Source of the DNA: Eledone cirrhosa
Lineage: Eukaryota
Length of the DNA: 64,000 nt
Reading direction: 5' to 3'
Assembly: GCA_964016885.1 (NCBI GenBank)
Contig: OZ024742.1
Location: 319,052,001-319,116,000, forward strand
Below are positions 26,468 to 40,469 of this stretch, one piece after another. The position numbers and the translations under genes were made by a program. The first letter of the stretch is position 1. The number at the start of each line of letters is the position of its first letter. Below the pieces are notes generated by a model. That model was not told the DNA's origin. It saw nothing but the letters and a program-made list of their open reading frames with translations, and ran no database searches.

Positions 26468-27486
26468 TTGTGTAGTCTCAAGGTATTCCTGATTGAGCTG
26501 ACCTATTTAGGCAGCAGCTTGAAGTACAGATTTACAGTTTAGGGCCTTAAAATCTGCAGGAGTCTAAAAAAATTTCTTAAATAAATAAAAGGCAATCTTT
26601 GTGAGATCTGCTGTAATTACTAGTTTTATATAGCTAGAGGACTAACCATGTCTAAATCTGGCACTGCCTATGATCAAAGGCGTTCATCCATGACCATTCC
26701 ATTAAAAAAAACTATCTAGGGCACGTGGATTGGCATAATTGTTTGGACAAAGTATATATATTTAGTTATGAAGCTTTGCAATATGAATTCAAATCCTTTT
26801 GAAGTCAACTTTGCTTTTGATCTTCCAGAACTGATAAAATTAAGTGTTCCAGTCAAACATGGATTGATTTAATATTTCTATAAAACATTTTAGATGTGAA
26901 TGGAATTATTATAGAAGACAAATGCCTGGGCTTTTTAAACATCTTCAATACCAGAACACAGAATTAACTGAAATGTTAGCATTGTGTAATGTCTGCAGCT
27001 GAAAGGAGTTACAACTGAAAAAGACAGATTAGGCTATGACTGAGACAATTAATGGAGATCTATGAGTGGTATGATCTATGGTTAGGTTGCTCTTGAATGC
27101 TACTGGTAACAATCTGTCACATGGTTGGGTCATTAACGACTAAACAGGCAACCCCACCAAGCTTTTTTGGGTAAGGAGGGTGATTTTTGGACACCCTGCA
27201 GGATGAAAAACAACCCGTCAAGGAGTATGGGAACTCAGGAGAGTCAGCTGCCATCCAATAAGGGTAGTTGGTAATTTCCTAACCCTTTTGATACTAAACC
27301 ACTTGAAACTGGAAGAAGAAAAGAAGAAGCAATCTCTCAAATTATACCTATTCACTTAAATAAAGGCTTTATTTGATCATAGAGTTTAACTTTTTCATTA
27401 CTATATTTCTTACCATGAAAAACATTAATTATTGTTTTCAAACAAAAGTTTCTGGGGATTTTGTAATATAACTAACTTTCTCATTA

Positions 27487-28229
27487 TTAAGCTAGTGTTT
27501 TGGATATAATTAAAGGTTCTTACATGAAATTATGATGGAAGATAAAATATAAACACTTAAAAACAAAGAAATTTCTATCATAGAACCAAGAATGGTTTCA
27601 GGCAGTAAGGTATCACAACAACAATGACAGCAACAATAACAACAGCAGCAACAGCAACAACAACAACATGATAAACAAAAATATATTATTGAATAAATTT
27701 AAACAGAATTTTTAAAGACAAGTGGAGAAAATTATTAATGTTGATTTATGCAAAAATGCTGAAAAATGCGAGTAGTGGGACTGACATTAGTCAATTTTAT
27801 ACAATTGATACATTTATCTTAATAATTACTATAATTCATTTATGTTCTGCATATTTAGGATGTTTATTGCAAACCTCCAGCCAATTATTTGTGAGTAAAT
27901 TATGTGAAGGCAGCGTATTTTGGGATTGGTAGGGTAGTGAACTTATTGTCTTGTGGTATTTAGGCAGCTACCTGTATGCTATGAGTTCTAATCTTGCTGC
28001 AATCAACTTTGCCTTCCATCCTTCCATGTGGCCAATGCTCAGGTCCAATAAGTAGCAAGTGCCCACAGGATACTAGCTCCTTCTATTGCCCAGATGCTTC
28101 TATAGAAATAGTGGACACTTTCTGTTACCTGGGTGACAAAATCAGCAGTGGTGGAGGGTGCTCTGAAAGTACAGTAGCTAGAGTCTAAGTTCAGAGAGCT
28201 TATACCGCTGTTGGCCACAAAAAGTTTCT
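27487..28229 (+). repeat. Left copy of a recent inverted segmental duplication (partner 49268-50030)
   Basis: Reverse complement is nearly identical across unique, SINE and RTE junctions. The ORF track gives an identical 64-aa peptide and a second differing by one residue. Confidence 0.9.
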
Positions 28230-29090
28230 CTTTAAAAGCAAATGGCAGATTGTATGATGCCAGTATACGAACAGCAATGTTACATGGCAGTGAGACATGG
28301 GCATTGTGTGCAGAGGATCTGCACAGACTGGAAAGGAATGAAGCCTGCATGCTCCGTTGGATGTGTAATAGTAATATACGTGAACGGCAAAACATAAATG
28401 AACTAAGTGAGAAATTAGGAATAAGAGGGATCTGATGCTGTTTACTTGAGAGAAGACTATGTTGGTATGGTCAAGTGATATGCATGAAAGACAACAGCTG
28501 TATAAAAAAGTGCAGGGCGATCAAAATTGATGAAAGTTACGGAGTAGGTAGATCCAGAAATACCTGGGACGATTTGATAAATTCCGACCTTACACACTTG
28601 CACCTCTCTAAGACAATGTCACTGGACCAAGATCTTTGGCGCCACGCAGTAATACAGAAACCCGCCTTGCCTATGTACAAAGTGAAACCTACAGTCAGTA
28701 GGCACCTCTTAACCAAATATATACCCCCATCCCACTACCCCTACTCCACTCCCACCAACACCACCCTTTCTCTGTAAAGTTATGTGGTACCACAACATCC
28801 AGTCCAAACTAATGAGATAATGAGATCGAGATTGAGATCGTGTAGGTGTCACAACAAAACAAAAAACACACAGTCCACGCTGTAATGTGGTCGTGTAGGT
28901 AACATGGTAAAAAGTTCCCAGTCCACACTGTAAATGTGGTTGGTGTTAGGAAGGGCATCCAGCTATAGAAAACCTGCCAGATAGTCCTATACGAGCGAGA
29001 CACGGCCACCCGACCAATCTTGCCTCAAGTGGGACAAGTCCTGTCTAACCCATGCTAGCGTGGAAGATGGAAGTTAAACGATGAGGATGA
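28030..29090 (+). mobile_element. RTE LINE 3' fragment
   Basis: FCYLGDKISSGGG, GRLYDASIRTAMLHGSETW and GRSRNTW motifs; tail gttaaacgatgaggatga. Confidence 0.9.
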
Positions 29091-29104
29091 TATATATATA
29101 TACA

Positions 29105-29905
29105 TCATCACCATTTAACGTCTATTTTTTCCACGCTTGCATGGGTTAGACAGGTCATCCATGTTATGAGACAAGTCTGGTCAGTTGACTGCACTGTATC
29201 TTGCTCAAATAGAACTGTATTTAGGCTGGGTTTTTTATAGCTGGATTCCCTCCTCAACACTAACCAAGTTTACAGAGTGGAACTGGATGATCCAATATGA
29301 GCTGGGTTGGGCCAGTTGTCCATGCCGTACCCTGCTTATAGTAGTACCATATTTTGGCTGGGTTTATTTGGTAGCTGGAAGCTTTTTCTAACACCAACTA
29401 TGTTTACAGTGTGGAACTCGGAGGTACTGTTGTGGGACAGGTCTGGCCAGTTGGTTGCACTGTACCTTGCTCATAGCAGAACCATGTTTTGGCTGGGTTT
29501 TTATGACTGCAGAGTGCCCTTCCTAAACCTCAGCCATGTTTATACCAACCACATTTACAGTGTGGAACTGGGTGATTCTGTTATGAAAAGGGTTTAAACA
29601 GTTGGCCACCCTTGCTCATACCAGGACTGCATTTTGGGTGAGTTTTGACTGATTAATAATGTCTAATGTCCTCATGGGAGATATATGGGAGGGTGGAGTG
29701 GTGCATACTGTATATATGCTTCAGCTTTGGCCTGTGCTCATGGGAAGTCGGATCTTCTGTATTACTGCGTAACGCCAGAGATCTCAGTCCTGTGTCATCG
29801 CTTTTGAGAGGTGAAATTGGGCAAGGTTGGCTTTTATCACGTCATCCCAAGTCTTCCTGGGTCTCCCCACTCCAAGGCTTCCATCAACTTTGAGTGCTCT
29901 GCACC
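29105..29905 (-). mobile_element. RTE LINE 3' end with tandemly repeated 3' UTR
   Basis: Starts catcatcaccatttaacgtc; GRPRKTWD on the minus strand near 29860. Confidence 0.75.
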
Positions 29906-30214
29906 TTATATATATATATATTTAAAAGACAACATAAGTCCAGATTCCAAATATTCTTTTAATATTGCAAAATTACAATTCGTATTTCTATGGCCTGGTT
30001 ACATCATCAGGTCATGACATAAGATTTTGCCGACATCATCAGGTGTAAATTGCTAAGATTAGGCAACCAATTACAGGATTACGGCAAACATAACCACAAG
30101 TTACCACATCTACAATGGATGATTTTATAATTTTGAGTGGTTTAGCTTATTACATCATGATTTGCTAACTGGAATGACCAGATCTACCCATTATTTAAGC
30201 CATCTTACATAAAT

Positions 30215-30294
<80 letters not shown>

Positions 30295-30477
30295 CATGTA
30301 TATATATTAGATATATATATATACACACATATATATATATATAATTAAGGATTATATCCCAAAAAGGATCAGGAAATAACCAGTCAAATAAGGTACACTA
30401 GTAGAGAATAAGTAGACCATATTTATTTCGTATTGAAGTAATTTCTCTCTCTGTATATGTATATATATATAGTTTTT

Positions 30478-31010
30478 AACCATCTCGCCAACTGCAACCC
30501 TGAGCGCCTCTTTGATCTCCATGTGTCTAACACACGTGGACATGCCTACAAGATAAGAAAACAGCACAGCTCCCATGACTTTCGCAGACATTTTTTCACG
30601 CTCAGAGTTGCTGAGGCATGGAACAAACTGCCTGCGTCAATTGTTAGCTGCCGAGACACTGCATCCTTTAAGACACTCATGCTTCCTGAAATACGCCAAA
30701 ACTACACCTGATGTGCCCCTTCCATACACATGCACACGTGTGTATCATGACTCGTGCACTGTTCATTTTACTGATGTTTGTGCATTGCCCTATGTACTGT
30801 ACATGCACTTTTTTGATGGGTTGTGGTGCACCTGGGCACTGTGCACAATATTTCATTATTGTTATTGTTATTATATCATGACTCATACACTGTTTATTTT
30901 CCTGACATTTGTACATTATTCTATGTACTGTACATGCACCTTTGATGAGTTGTAGTGCACCTGAGCACTGTACACAATAATTTCATTATTATTATTATTA
31001 TTATTATTAT
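30478..31010 (+). mobile_element. CR1-clade LINE 3' end
   Basis: NTRGHAYKIRKQHSSHDFRRHFFTLRVAEAWNKLP motif; duplicated 3' UTR; (ATT)n tail; second copy at 50567-50840. Confidence 0.85.
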
Positions 31011-31020
31011 ATTATATATA

Positions 31021-31218
31021 AATTAGAAAATATATAGCTTTCACCGCATTTTTAACTAAAGGAATTTTAGCTTGATAACGGGGTTTAGAACCCTCAGATA
31101 AATGGAAAAAAGATGAGATACTCATCTTTTTTCCATTTATCTGAGGGTTCTAAACCCCGTTATCAAGCTAAAATTCCTTTAGTTAAAAATACGGTGAAAG
31201 CTATATATTTTCTAATTT
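31021..31218. mobile_element. Fold-back mini-element with about 97-bp inverted arms
   Basis: Near-perfect palindrome centred on gatgagatactcatc; flanked by TA repeats. Confidence 0.7.
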
Positions 31219-31248
31219 CAAACTCGCTCACTGTTTCAAAACATACTT

Positions 31249-31284
<36 letters not shown>

Positions 31285-33323
31285 GCCTTCAGATAATTTC
31301 CGTCTATCAAGTTGTAATTGAGGTTAAGGAACTGCTGGACTTGGATGATCTTTTTTTTAATGATTAGCCAAGGAAAAATGGGCAATTCCCATGACCTTTT
31401 CAGGACCTCCAAAATCTTGTGGTGGGGGAGGAGGAGGTAAGTTTCCTCAAACCAGCACCCAGTCTACACTGTAAAGTGGTCATGTAGGCGTCACAACAAA
31501 AAGCACCCAGTACTCCCAGTAAATGAGGGTGGTGCTAGAAGGGGCATCCAGCTGTAGAAAAAAAGCTAGAAACAGTTCTGATGAGCAAGACATGGTCACC
31601 TGACCTGGGAATGCTCACAATAGGATAATTCATCTAACCCATGCCAGCGTGGGAAAATGGACGTTAAACGGTGATGATGATGATTCTGTCCGTTTGTTAA
31701 TTTGTCGTCTGGATCTGGAGCTCCAAAGATTGAGTTAGAAGTGAAGTTGTGGAAAGCACTGGACGAGTCCTGACAGGCTGCCAGTCTGAGTCAAAGGATC
31801 TCAATTATCATCATGTTGAAAAATTGTTGTTTCCTCCTCTCTTAAAGAATCAGAGAGGCCAATTATTTCAAAAGATTTTAATTCACATCAGTTTGAAATT
31901 GTATACACATACAATCAACAAACTAAATAGACAATAACATTGATATCAAGTCAGAAAGAAAGAAAAAAAAGGAAAAATCATGCACATTCATACAAATATA
32001 ACTTTTAACATGAGTAACATTACAACAGTTGAAAAAAAAACGACATGGCGATTTCAAATTTCATCACTTCAGTACATTTCTGATTATACATAACTTAGTT
32101 TATTATTTTTAGTCATCTGATGAATAACCAATAAATAGTACTAACCAATCATCGACTCATTACAAATAACAATGTTTACATAAAGTAGATGGCTATCGGT
32201 ATAAAATGAAAACAGCAAAGCATACAAGAACACAAACAGGAATCAGATGTATCATTGTTAATGCTAGTTGTCTCCCTTAGAGGTCTCATGTTTATCTCAT
32301 GACACTTTTATCTAGAATTCAAACAAACTGAGTACACAGAGCCAACATGTCGAAATTCTTTCAGCAGACACTGTTGTTATGGTCATTAACTATCATCAAT
32401 ATATGTCATGGACAAGGTATGATAATAGTTCTTGTTTTATAACCTGTGTATTATTTTATATATTTCCTCGAATTCCATATCCAACCACAAAATTAATGCA
32501 TAGTTTTATTACACATAAATTCATAAATACACACTGTCGCAGACATTCACAACATCGATAACGTGTGAGCGAACCCTGGGGGTTGTGATTACAAAGCGAA
32601 CATTATAACCATTTGCCTATTCATGCGTTTATGCAGACACATTTAGAAGCATGTATAAACATATAGTCATATATTATATGTGGACGTTTATATTTCTGTA
32701 TAAATATAAACAAACCTAGACATATATATCGGTGTTTACATATTTTGTTATCCTTTAAACATAAGACTCGGGTGGGCCCAAGTTTTGTGAGTTAAATTGA
32801 AACTTCTGAAGTTCGTTGGATGAACTTTAGACACTGTGCCGTGTCGATTCAGTCTGGATACAGGCGTCCTATTTGAATGAGGAGGCAGTTCATTCAAATT
32901 AACAACTCTTTCTCTTTCCTCCCTTTTTTTCATTTTTATTATTTTAATTTGTTTTTCTACGTTTATTATGCGAAATATGTATGTAAATAAGATGTATTAT
33001 AGAAGAACACCCCCTTCGATTTCAGTGGGGAAAAAATTTTTTCCCGTTTATTTTCGTTTGCTATCAACTAATCTAGCCTTCAAAGATGCTCGCAATCGAC
33101 TTTTTTCCCCGGAAAAGGGAGGGGGTTGGGTGGGAGGACCACTAAGTCATGCCAGGGACATGACAACCTCACCTATGCATTCGATAGAACGTGAGACCAT
33201 ACATAAGTAAGACGTTGATCCCTGGCCTGTCTGGGAGATCAGTAGCCCCACTTCAGTGCTGACTTGGTCTATGTAGGCCCGTTCAACCCTTGTTAACAGG
33301 GAATCCAGGCGTTAAAACAAAAA

Positions 33324-33359
<36 letters not shown>

Positions 33360-33478
33360 ATTAACTTTACCACAACTATGAAGAGATCTGATCATTGGCT
33401 GTTATCATCTATACATCTATAAATCTACAATCCAACACACGCGTGTGTGTGTACGTGTGTGTGTTTATTATATATATA

Positions 33479-34260
33479 CTAGCTGAGGTACCCGGCTTCG
33501 CCCGGGAGAACAGTTAAGTGAAAACGGATAAATGAGAAAACGGCTGTATTGGATGTGTAGTCTGGTTTACAGTATGAGGTGAGCAGTAATGTGTGTGTGA
33601 GAGAGAGAGAGAAAGACAAATAAAAAAAATCAATCAAAACTTCCTTATTAGGTTGGGAGAGTAAACTGCCGATTAAATAGTATCATTGGCCTTGGATTTT
33701 AAATGTGAAATAACCATAGTCAGTATGATTATTTTCAGCTCCAAAGGACGTCACTGAAATGCAGTAATATACTGCATAACATGCTTCTGAAGTGTTTTGC
33801 GTTGTTAGTATGGTCTGTAAGCAGTATATGGATAAACGCTGGAGGGTCCTCTATCAGCGGAAGTCTGACCTTTCCTCCTAAGCAACACATGCCAAGTGTA
33901 ATATCCATGCTACCAATCGCGACTTTAGGGTCACTTTTATAATTCTTCAATGGATCATATGAAAACGGCTCTTAGCCAGTTTATTCTGCCTCGAAGAGTC
34001 CTTTGTGCTCGTTGAGGTTGCATCGCAACTGTCATTGCCTCTTGGTGATTTTCATATTGGACCTCTGTTTATTGCGATAGTCTTTCTACTTGCCTTAATC
34101 TTTGTTTCCTGTTTCAGGTTTTGTACACTTTCAAAAAGTTGCAATTGTCTTTCTTGTTGTCTTAACCTTTCTGTTTCCCGTCTCATATTCTGAATTAGGT
34201 CAATAATAACATGACACTATCCTCAAAGAGCTAAATTAATATACACCGCAGATTAATTTC
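33479..34260 (-). mobile_element. Internally deleted Helitron
   Basis: Minus-strand 3' end with hairpin cccgggcgaagccggg followed by CTAG and host T. RepHel N-terminal remnant GMCCLGGKVRLP...PP and TSFGA. Confidence 0.75.
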
Positions 34261-34384
34261 AAATAGTATCAATTTTTTCTGTGTTCTGTAAAATCAAAGA
34301 CTGGTGTAAAACGACTTTATAAAAAAAATTAAATTAGAATTTTATTTCTCGCCCTAGCACAGCTGATACATAAATGTAAGTATG

Positions 34385-34421
<37 letters not shown>

Positions 34422-34440
34422 ACGCACACGCACACACATA

Positions 34441-37400
34441 TTTAAAGGTTAAACAAGGTTCAATGAATAAATCAAAGAATGAGTTTTACAATAGTTTGGA
34501 AGCACTCAACAGAAATGGTTTTCCGGCGTTATTTATATTAATTCAAATATTAACAAAAATAGAACTTCTTGTGATCAAGTGTATTTTATTATACATATTT
34601 CAGAGGTACTGAGCTAACTTCAACAGTACGTCCTCATCAGATAAAACAAGATGATGCATGACATACCCTGACATAGTAGATGGTTAAGATCCAGTCATGG
34701 TAGTGAGTAAGATATGACAAAACTCAATATTTATATACCTTAAGATTAAGACATGAAAAAACTTACATATAATACAGAGGGTGCGTGTGAGAAAGCTTAA
34801 AAATACATAACAGCAATTTACATAACTGTTAGAGATTCAAATAATTTAAATTATTGAAGAAAGAGGAAAGAAAAAAGAAAGACAGAGAAAACAGATGAGG
34901 GGATAATATAGCTAGTAGAGGTATAGAGAGCAAAAGAGAATTGATCAAAGAAAGAGAGACAAAGAGGAATAATTTATAGTGTACAACATAGGGAGGGATG
35001 AATTATATATATATCTATACAGAACTATACATTTGGGCATAGCTTTGCGAAAGAGTAAACTCGAATCTTTGAATTATTGAATTATCTAGAAGTATTCATC
35101 AATCTAAATCTTAAATATAACTGGGTGTAATTATATGCAGGTTAATTTCCACTCCTTAGTTAATTATTTATATATACTCTCCAAACGTATCCGGTTGACC
35201 GTTAACTTTCAAATCATTTAAGTTAGTTCAGAGTAATAAATTAATCAAAGTGTATAATATTTCAGGCTATAAAAGTTTATAAATATCTGTATTAATATTA
35301 AAGTATACTATCGTATTTAATTTATAAAATCATATTTTATGAAATCATATTTAAACTATTTGCAAACATGAGAAAGAAGACAATATTTTAATTCTCACGA
35401 AGGTAATTCTTATTAAATTTTATTATATTATATTTAATTATTTATATTATATTGAAAATAATTCACATTATTTAATTTATAAAATAATTAGTTATAATTT
35501 TAAAAATTAAGATTAACAATTAGAATGCCTTAAAGCATCTAAAGGCCTTATAATTAAACTTTAAAAAAAAGTTAATTATTAAATTAGATATATGCATTTG
35601 TCTAAATATAAACAAAGATCATTGTCTAAAGATTAAGATGATACCTATCAGTTACATATAACATAATACAATACAATAAATAAGTTACTGATAATATTGT
35701 TAAAAATTAAGGTTTTAGATCAATTATTATAATAGGACCATGTAATACATATATACTATAAATATACAAGTCAAACTTCATGAATCATAAGGATAAGAAC
35801 CAGATTCAAAGTAAAAAAGTGAATTGTTTGCGATCTTAAAAGTGCCCAATATCCAAGCTATATAGTTTAAAAATACAAGAAAAATTTTTTTTTAAATTTA
35901 TATAGTAGTATAATGTGTCTGCAAACATGAAAAAGAGAAAACCTAAGGATTTCATTGACCCGAAGGTAACCCGAATTTAATTAAATTAAATTAAATAATA
36001 ATCGTTATACAATTTAGAAAATATTTAACGATTATAACACTAGAAAGTCATTAGAGTATCTAAAGTACTTATAAATGTAACTAGAAGCATGTTATGATAC
36101 TAGATATACAGATTTGTTCAAATATAGAGAGAGTATTCCAGATATTAGTGATCGATATACATGTAATAAATAAGTACAATCATTGTTAGTAATGTTATAA
36201 TTGAAGTTTTACATCAAGTTAAGTGGAAAAAAAGGTTTGTCAACTAGTATCGTGTGTGACGCATATACCATAAATATATATAAATAAAAATATATAAATC
36301 AAACTTCCTGAATCGCAAAACCTACTCCAAATGAATAAATATACAAAAACATAAATGCATGAATGATTTACGGTTCATTATAACTGTTAAGCATATAAGC
36401 CATATATTTAAAAAATATACAAGAATCCCAATCTAAATTAAATATATTTAAACAATCAAATGATATGCACATTCATCAAGAGATCATGTTAACAAATAAT
36501 ATGTTTATATACCTATACAGGACCCTTTAATCTAACATTAATCATATCATAAATGAATAATGTTAGATTAATGTTGATGCCCTAAGGACAGACACTCGTC
36601 TGTTGGAGACGCAGGACATGGCAGCGATAATGAGGGACAGATACTGCTGGAGAGAACTCGTCCATGGATCTCGGGAATTTTACCCGCCCTAGATAGATAG
36701 ATATAAATGAATAAAAAATTATTAAAGTTTTATAATCTGTTATAACGTTTTAGGTACACAGTTGATAAGAGACGTCAAAAATTAGAACCTGTTTATTTAG
36801 TGTTTTTTCCTGACTTTTTGCGAGGCTTGGAATGTAGACAAAGCTTTATGAAGGCAGTTTGAGAATAATTCACTTTTTTTGTTAATTAAATTTTCATAAT
36901 TAGTAATTATTAATAGGGTCTCCATGGTACAGAGGTTGCAGTTAGGTGATATTGAAGAATTCAAGTAAATTCTATTATTACACAACTTCGTCCAAGAAAT
37001 CGAGTATTTTAAATTTTTATCTTTTAATGACCATATAAGTTGTGATAAAGAAGTCAAAGATTTCCTATTAGGATTCGAAAAAGAGCATTTGTGATTCGCA
37101 AATCTTGATTTAAATGTCGAAGAAGTTGCACCAATATAGTTGTATGTGATGTTATTTGCTTTTACGGTGCATTTATAGACCAGATTGCTATCCAGACAAT
37201 TATTTTGCAGAGGGCAATCTGGTCTATTTATACAATTACATTTCGATTTATTGTTATTACTATAAATTGTACTATTTACATTAACATTATTAGTACTCTG
37301 AAATGTTCTATTGATTGTGCTTACAATGTTATTGTTATTCCTAGTATTAATATTGCTAGTGTTATTATATTCATTATCGTTAAATGTATGTTGATTATGA

Positions 37401-38994
37401 TTTAGAATTCTACTATTTATTTTAGCGATGTTCTGGGCCATATAACAGATTTAGTTCTGATTTTTTTTTCCCCAATTTATTCACGGTACTGGTGTTTGCA
37501 TTATAATTTTTAGAATCTCGTTTATATATGATAGTCTTATTTTTATCAGGATTATAATTCAAATTATTATTATCTATATATTCTATATTATTTTTATAAC
37601 TTGCCTTTCGTAGCGCGTCATTATAATATCCTGCTTTTTCATCAAATATGGATTTATTAGCGGATATTCTAGTTATGCGTTTCTGTACGCTATTGACTAT
37701 TGCGTTTTTCACTGATTTAGGGTGATTAGAATAATAGCTAACGTAGTTTAAGTTTTCATTGGGCTTATGGAAAGGGTAATAAAAACCTGAGTTTAAGTTA
37801 AGGGTAACGTCAAGGAAATTAACTATTTTGGTACTACTTTCAACTTCTAATTTAAGGTCGTAATTTTTAAAGAATTCAATTATAGTTTTCTTAACCTGTA
37901 TTGCTATGTTTGACAACCGTAAATAAAATATCGTCCCTATATAAACCACCGATAATCTCCGGTAGTTTTCTATTTACCATATTTAAGATGAAAATCCCCA
38001 GAAGATCTGTGACCTGCACTGAGTCCGATGATCCTATGGTAATGTCAAAGTTTCTATTCCTATCTGAACGGGTCCAATATTCATTGTTGAAATTAATTAG
38101 AGTTCTTCTAGCAGTTAATATGATATCGATTTCATCCGTAGTTAGATCTGTATGTTTGTAAGCATAAGATAAAGCCTTATTTAATAGGTTAGGTGTAATA
38201 GAAGAAGAATAGCTTGCTATGTCCATTTGGATGAATTTGTGATTTTTCTTATTATCTATATTTTTAAACCAGTCAATCACTTCATTAATGTCTTTCCATA
38301 AGCTCAATTTAGACTTCAATTTCAGAGTAGGTAGAATTCTATCAATAATATACTTACTGATTACTCCAATATCCGATTTAGATAGAGCAATCAGTGTAAC
38401 TGGCAGGTCTTCCTCAAAGTTTCTCTTGTGATCCTTAAAATGTATCCTCGGCTGTCTAGGTATAAAAGGCTCAGTTCTTCCTTCAATTCCAAATGTTGCT
38501 ATTAATTTAAATGTATCATTATTGATGTCTGTAAGATCTTCGGCCGGGGGTTTTCTATAATTTTTCCTTAGTTCTTTTAAAATCAAATCATTATATTCAT
38601 CTTTATCTATCCCATATAAATTATTGGTTTTGTCAGACTTCACCAATATTTTATTAACTTTTTTTATATCCAAGATTTTTTCTTTAAGAGTTCTAAGGTT
38701 TTGGTGACCTTTATATGGGTTCTTCCCGAATTTAATTTTCTTTAGTATATTGAGCATTTCTGTTTCAAAATCCTCCAGGAGTTTGTTGTATGGAGGATTT
38801 TTTCTGGATTTAAAGATAGTTTCGAAATAATTGCTGTTGGTTTTCCTTTTAGCTTCTTTATTATCGAAATGAAATGCATGCCATCTCACTCTTCTTATAA
38901 AAGAGTTTGTTTGCTCTATAAGTTTCCTCATGTATTCTTCATTAGATGGTATAGGTATATCCTCAAGGATATACCTATACCATCTAATGAAGAA
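34441..38994 (-). mobile_element. Penelope-like element (Naiad-like) with RT and GIY-YIG endonuclease, two frameshifts
   Basis: ORF pieces 37891-38963, 37422-37949 and 36797-37441: IPIPSNEEY..RRVRW, SDKTNNLY, FKDHK, FIQMDI, GLYRDD, NFLDVTLNL, SNHP, CNC..CPL..CL, LVY..YIG, FKSRFANH, CNLC. Long AT-rich 3' region; (CA)n on both sides. The left boundary is inferred. Confidence 0.85.
36561..36701 (+). mobile_element. Short LINE 3' end nested in the Penelope element
   Basis: Reads DALRTDTRLLETQDMAAIMRDRYCWRELV; (TAGA)n tail; target-site duplication ataaatgaataa at about 36549 and 36702. Confidence 0.6.
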
Positions 38995-39594
38995 ACACAC
39001 ACACACACACGCGCACAGACACAGACACAGAGAGAGAGAAAGAGCCATATATCGCACAAGAAACATAGTATATTGTATATATACCAAATACATATTCAAT
39101 AGAAGAATATGTACACAGGTGGAATCATAGTGCTATTTCATACCTGGAGAGTATGGCTAAAAATCGATCTATGTAATCGATCAGCGAAAGAAAAAAAATC
39201 AATCAATATATTCGATCATTGAAGCCAAACTATCGATTATGATTAAAACACATGAGACTCAGGTACTCATCAGCCTGCTCAATTCATCATATTGGATGTG
39301 GAAGAGTGAAATAGTTGCATTAAATACAAATCCATCAATATCACAGTTTTATGTCCATTTACCATGTTGGCATGGACTGTCATATTCTAAGACAAGACGA
39401 GACTTGCTTATACCTTCCATTTTGGCATGGTTTCTATGACTGGATGTCCTTCCTAATACAACCTTTTTGCAGCATGTACTGGGTACATTTTATTGTGACA
39501 CCAGCACTACTATTTTGCAGCATATACTGGGTGCATTTTATCATGACACCAGCACTTCCACTTTACAGAACAGCCTACTTGTGAAATTAAGATG

Positions 39595-39860
39595 CAAGTA
39601 GTTGAACATTCCACAGGCATATGCACCCTTAGTGTAGTTTTCAGGGAAATTCAATATAACACAATATATGAAAAAGCTGATCCTTTAAATTAAATATACA
39701 ACTCATTTTTGCCAAGTGAGTGGTTGCTCAAGAATACAAAACGTTGATGGGAATCAAACTCAGGACCTCGTGATTGTGAACCAATGCCCTAACCACTAAG
39801 CCATGTACCTTCACTTATGATTGTGAAGAGATGCCCTAACCACTAAGCTATGTACCTTCA
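39595..39860 (-). mobile_element. Second tRNA-derived SINE family
   Basis: Minus-strand head ggcttagtggttagggcattggttcacaatc...gagtttgattccc; related plus-strand copy at 42610-43260. Confidence 0.6.
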
Positions 39861-40469
39861 TTATTATATGACTAGTAATAAAACATGATTAGGTGGTTAT
39901 TTTTAGATAATCAGAGCTAGCATGACTTGAAATTAATCAATGAAGTATTCTTTGTCTTTATTTAACAGATTGTATCATGTGTTTTACAATAGATGTAATG
40001 GTAAAGTAATAAGTAGAAGAATTTACTAATCATAAAATAGTCTTTAATTAGTAGGAAATAATACAATATATTAACTCTATTTGTTCTAAATAGTACAATT
40101 GATTCAATTGTCCAAACATTATGGACTTTATTCTCCAAAGATAAAAAATTATACATGCGTCAGTATGTTTATGTGTGTACTATATAATGTTATTGGAGGT
40201 GTTGTTAAATAGCAACAAACATTTAATGATGTCATTCTTAATACTGATAGTAATCAAATTTATTATACATCTTCAGTTGACTCCAACTCCAGGTTTTGCT
40301 TTCATTGGCTAATTTCAACCCAATGTCCTAGTCACCCAAGATGTATAGTGTGTGTGTGTACTGGGTGTGGATGGTATTCATTTGTAAGATTACTGTTTGG
40401 GAAAAAAATAACTCAGTGTTTTTATTTTGTGTGATATATTTGCCAAACTTGGGTTAATTTGTCTTCATG

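Noticed and set aside
27859-27890. 32-nt candidate exon (tag|GATGTTT...ATTT|gtgagt) giving MFIANLQPII in the right phase
   Set aside because: Splice sites are plausible, but the peptide is a poor signal sequence and the segment lies in duplicated DNA; not supportable as CDS.
29960-30050. Two minus-strand CTGATGA words with a downstream GAAA
   Set aside because: Stems do not pair convincingly; at most a decayed hammerhead.
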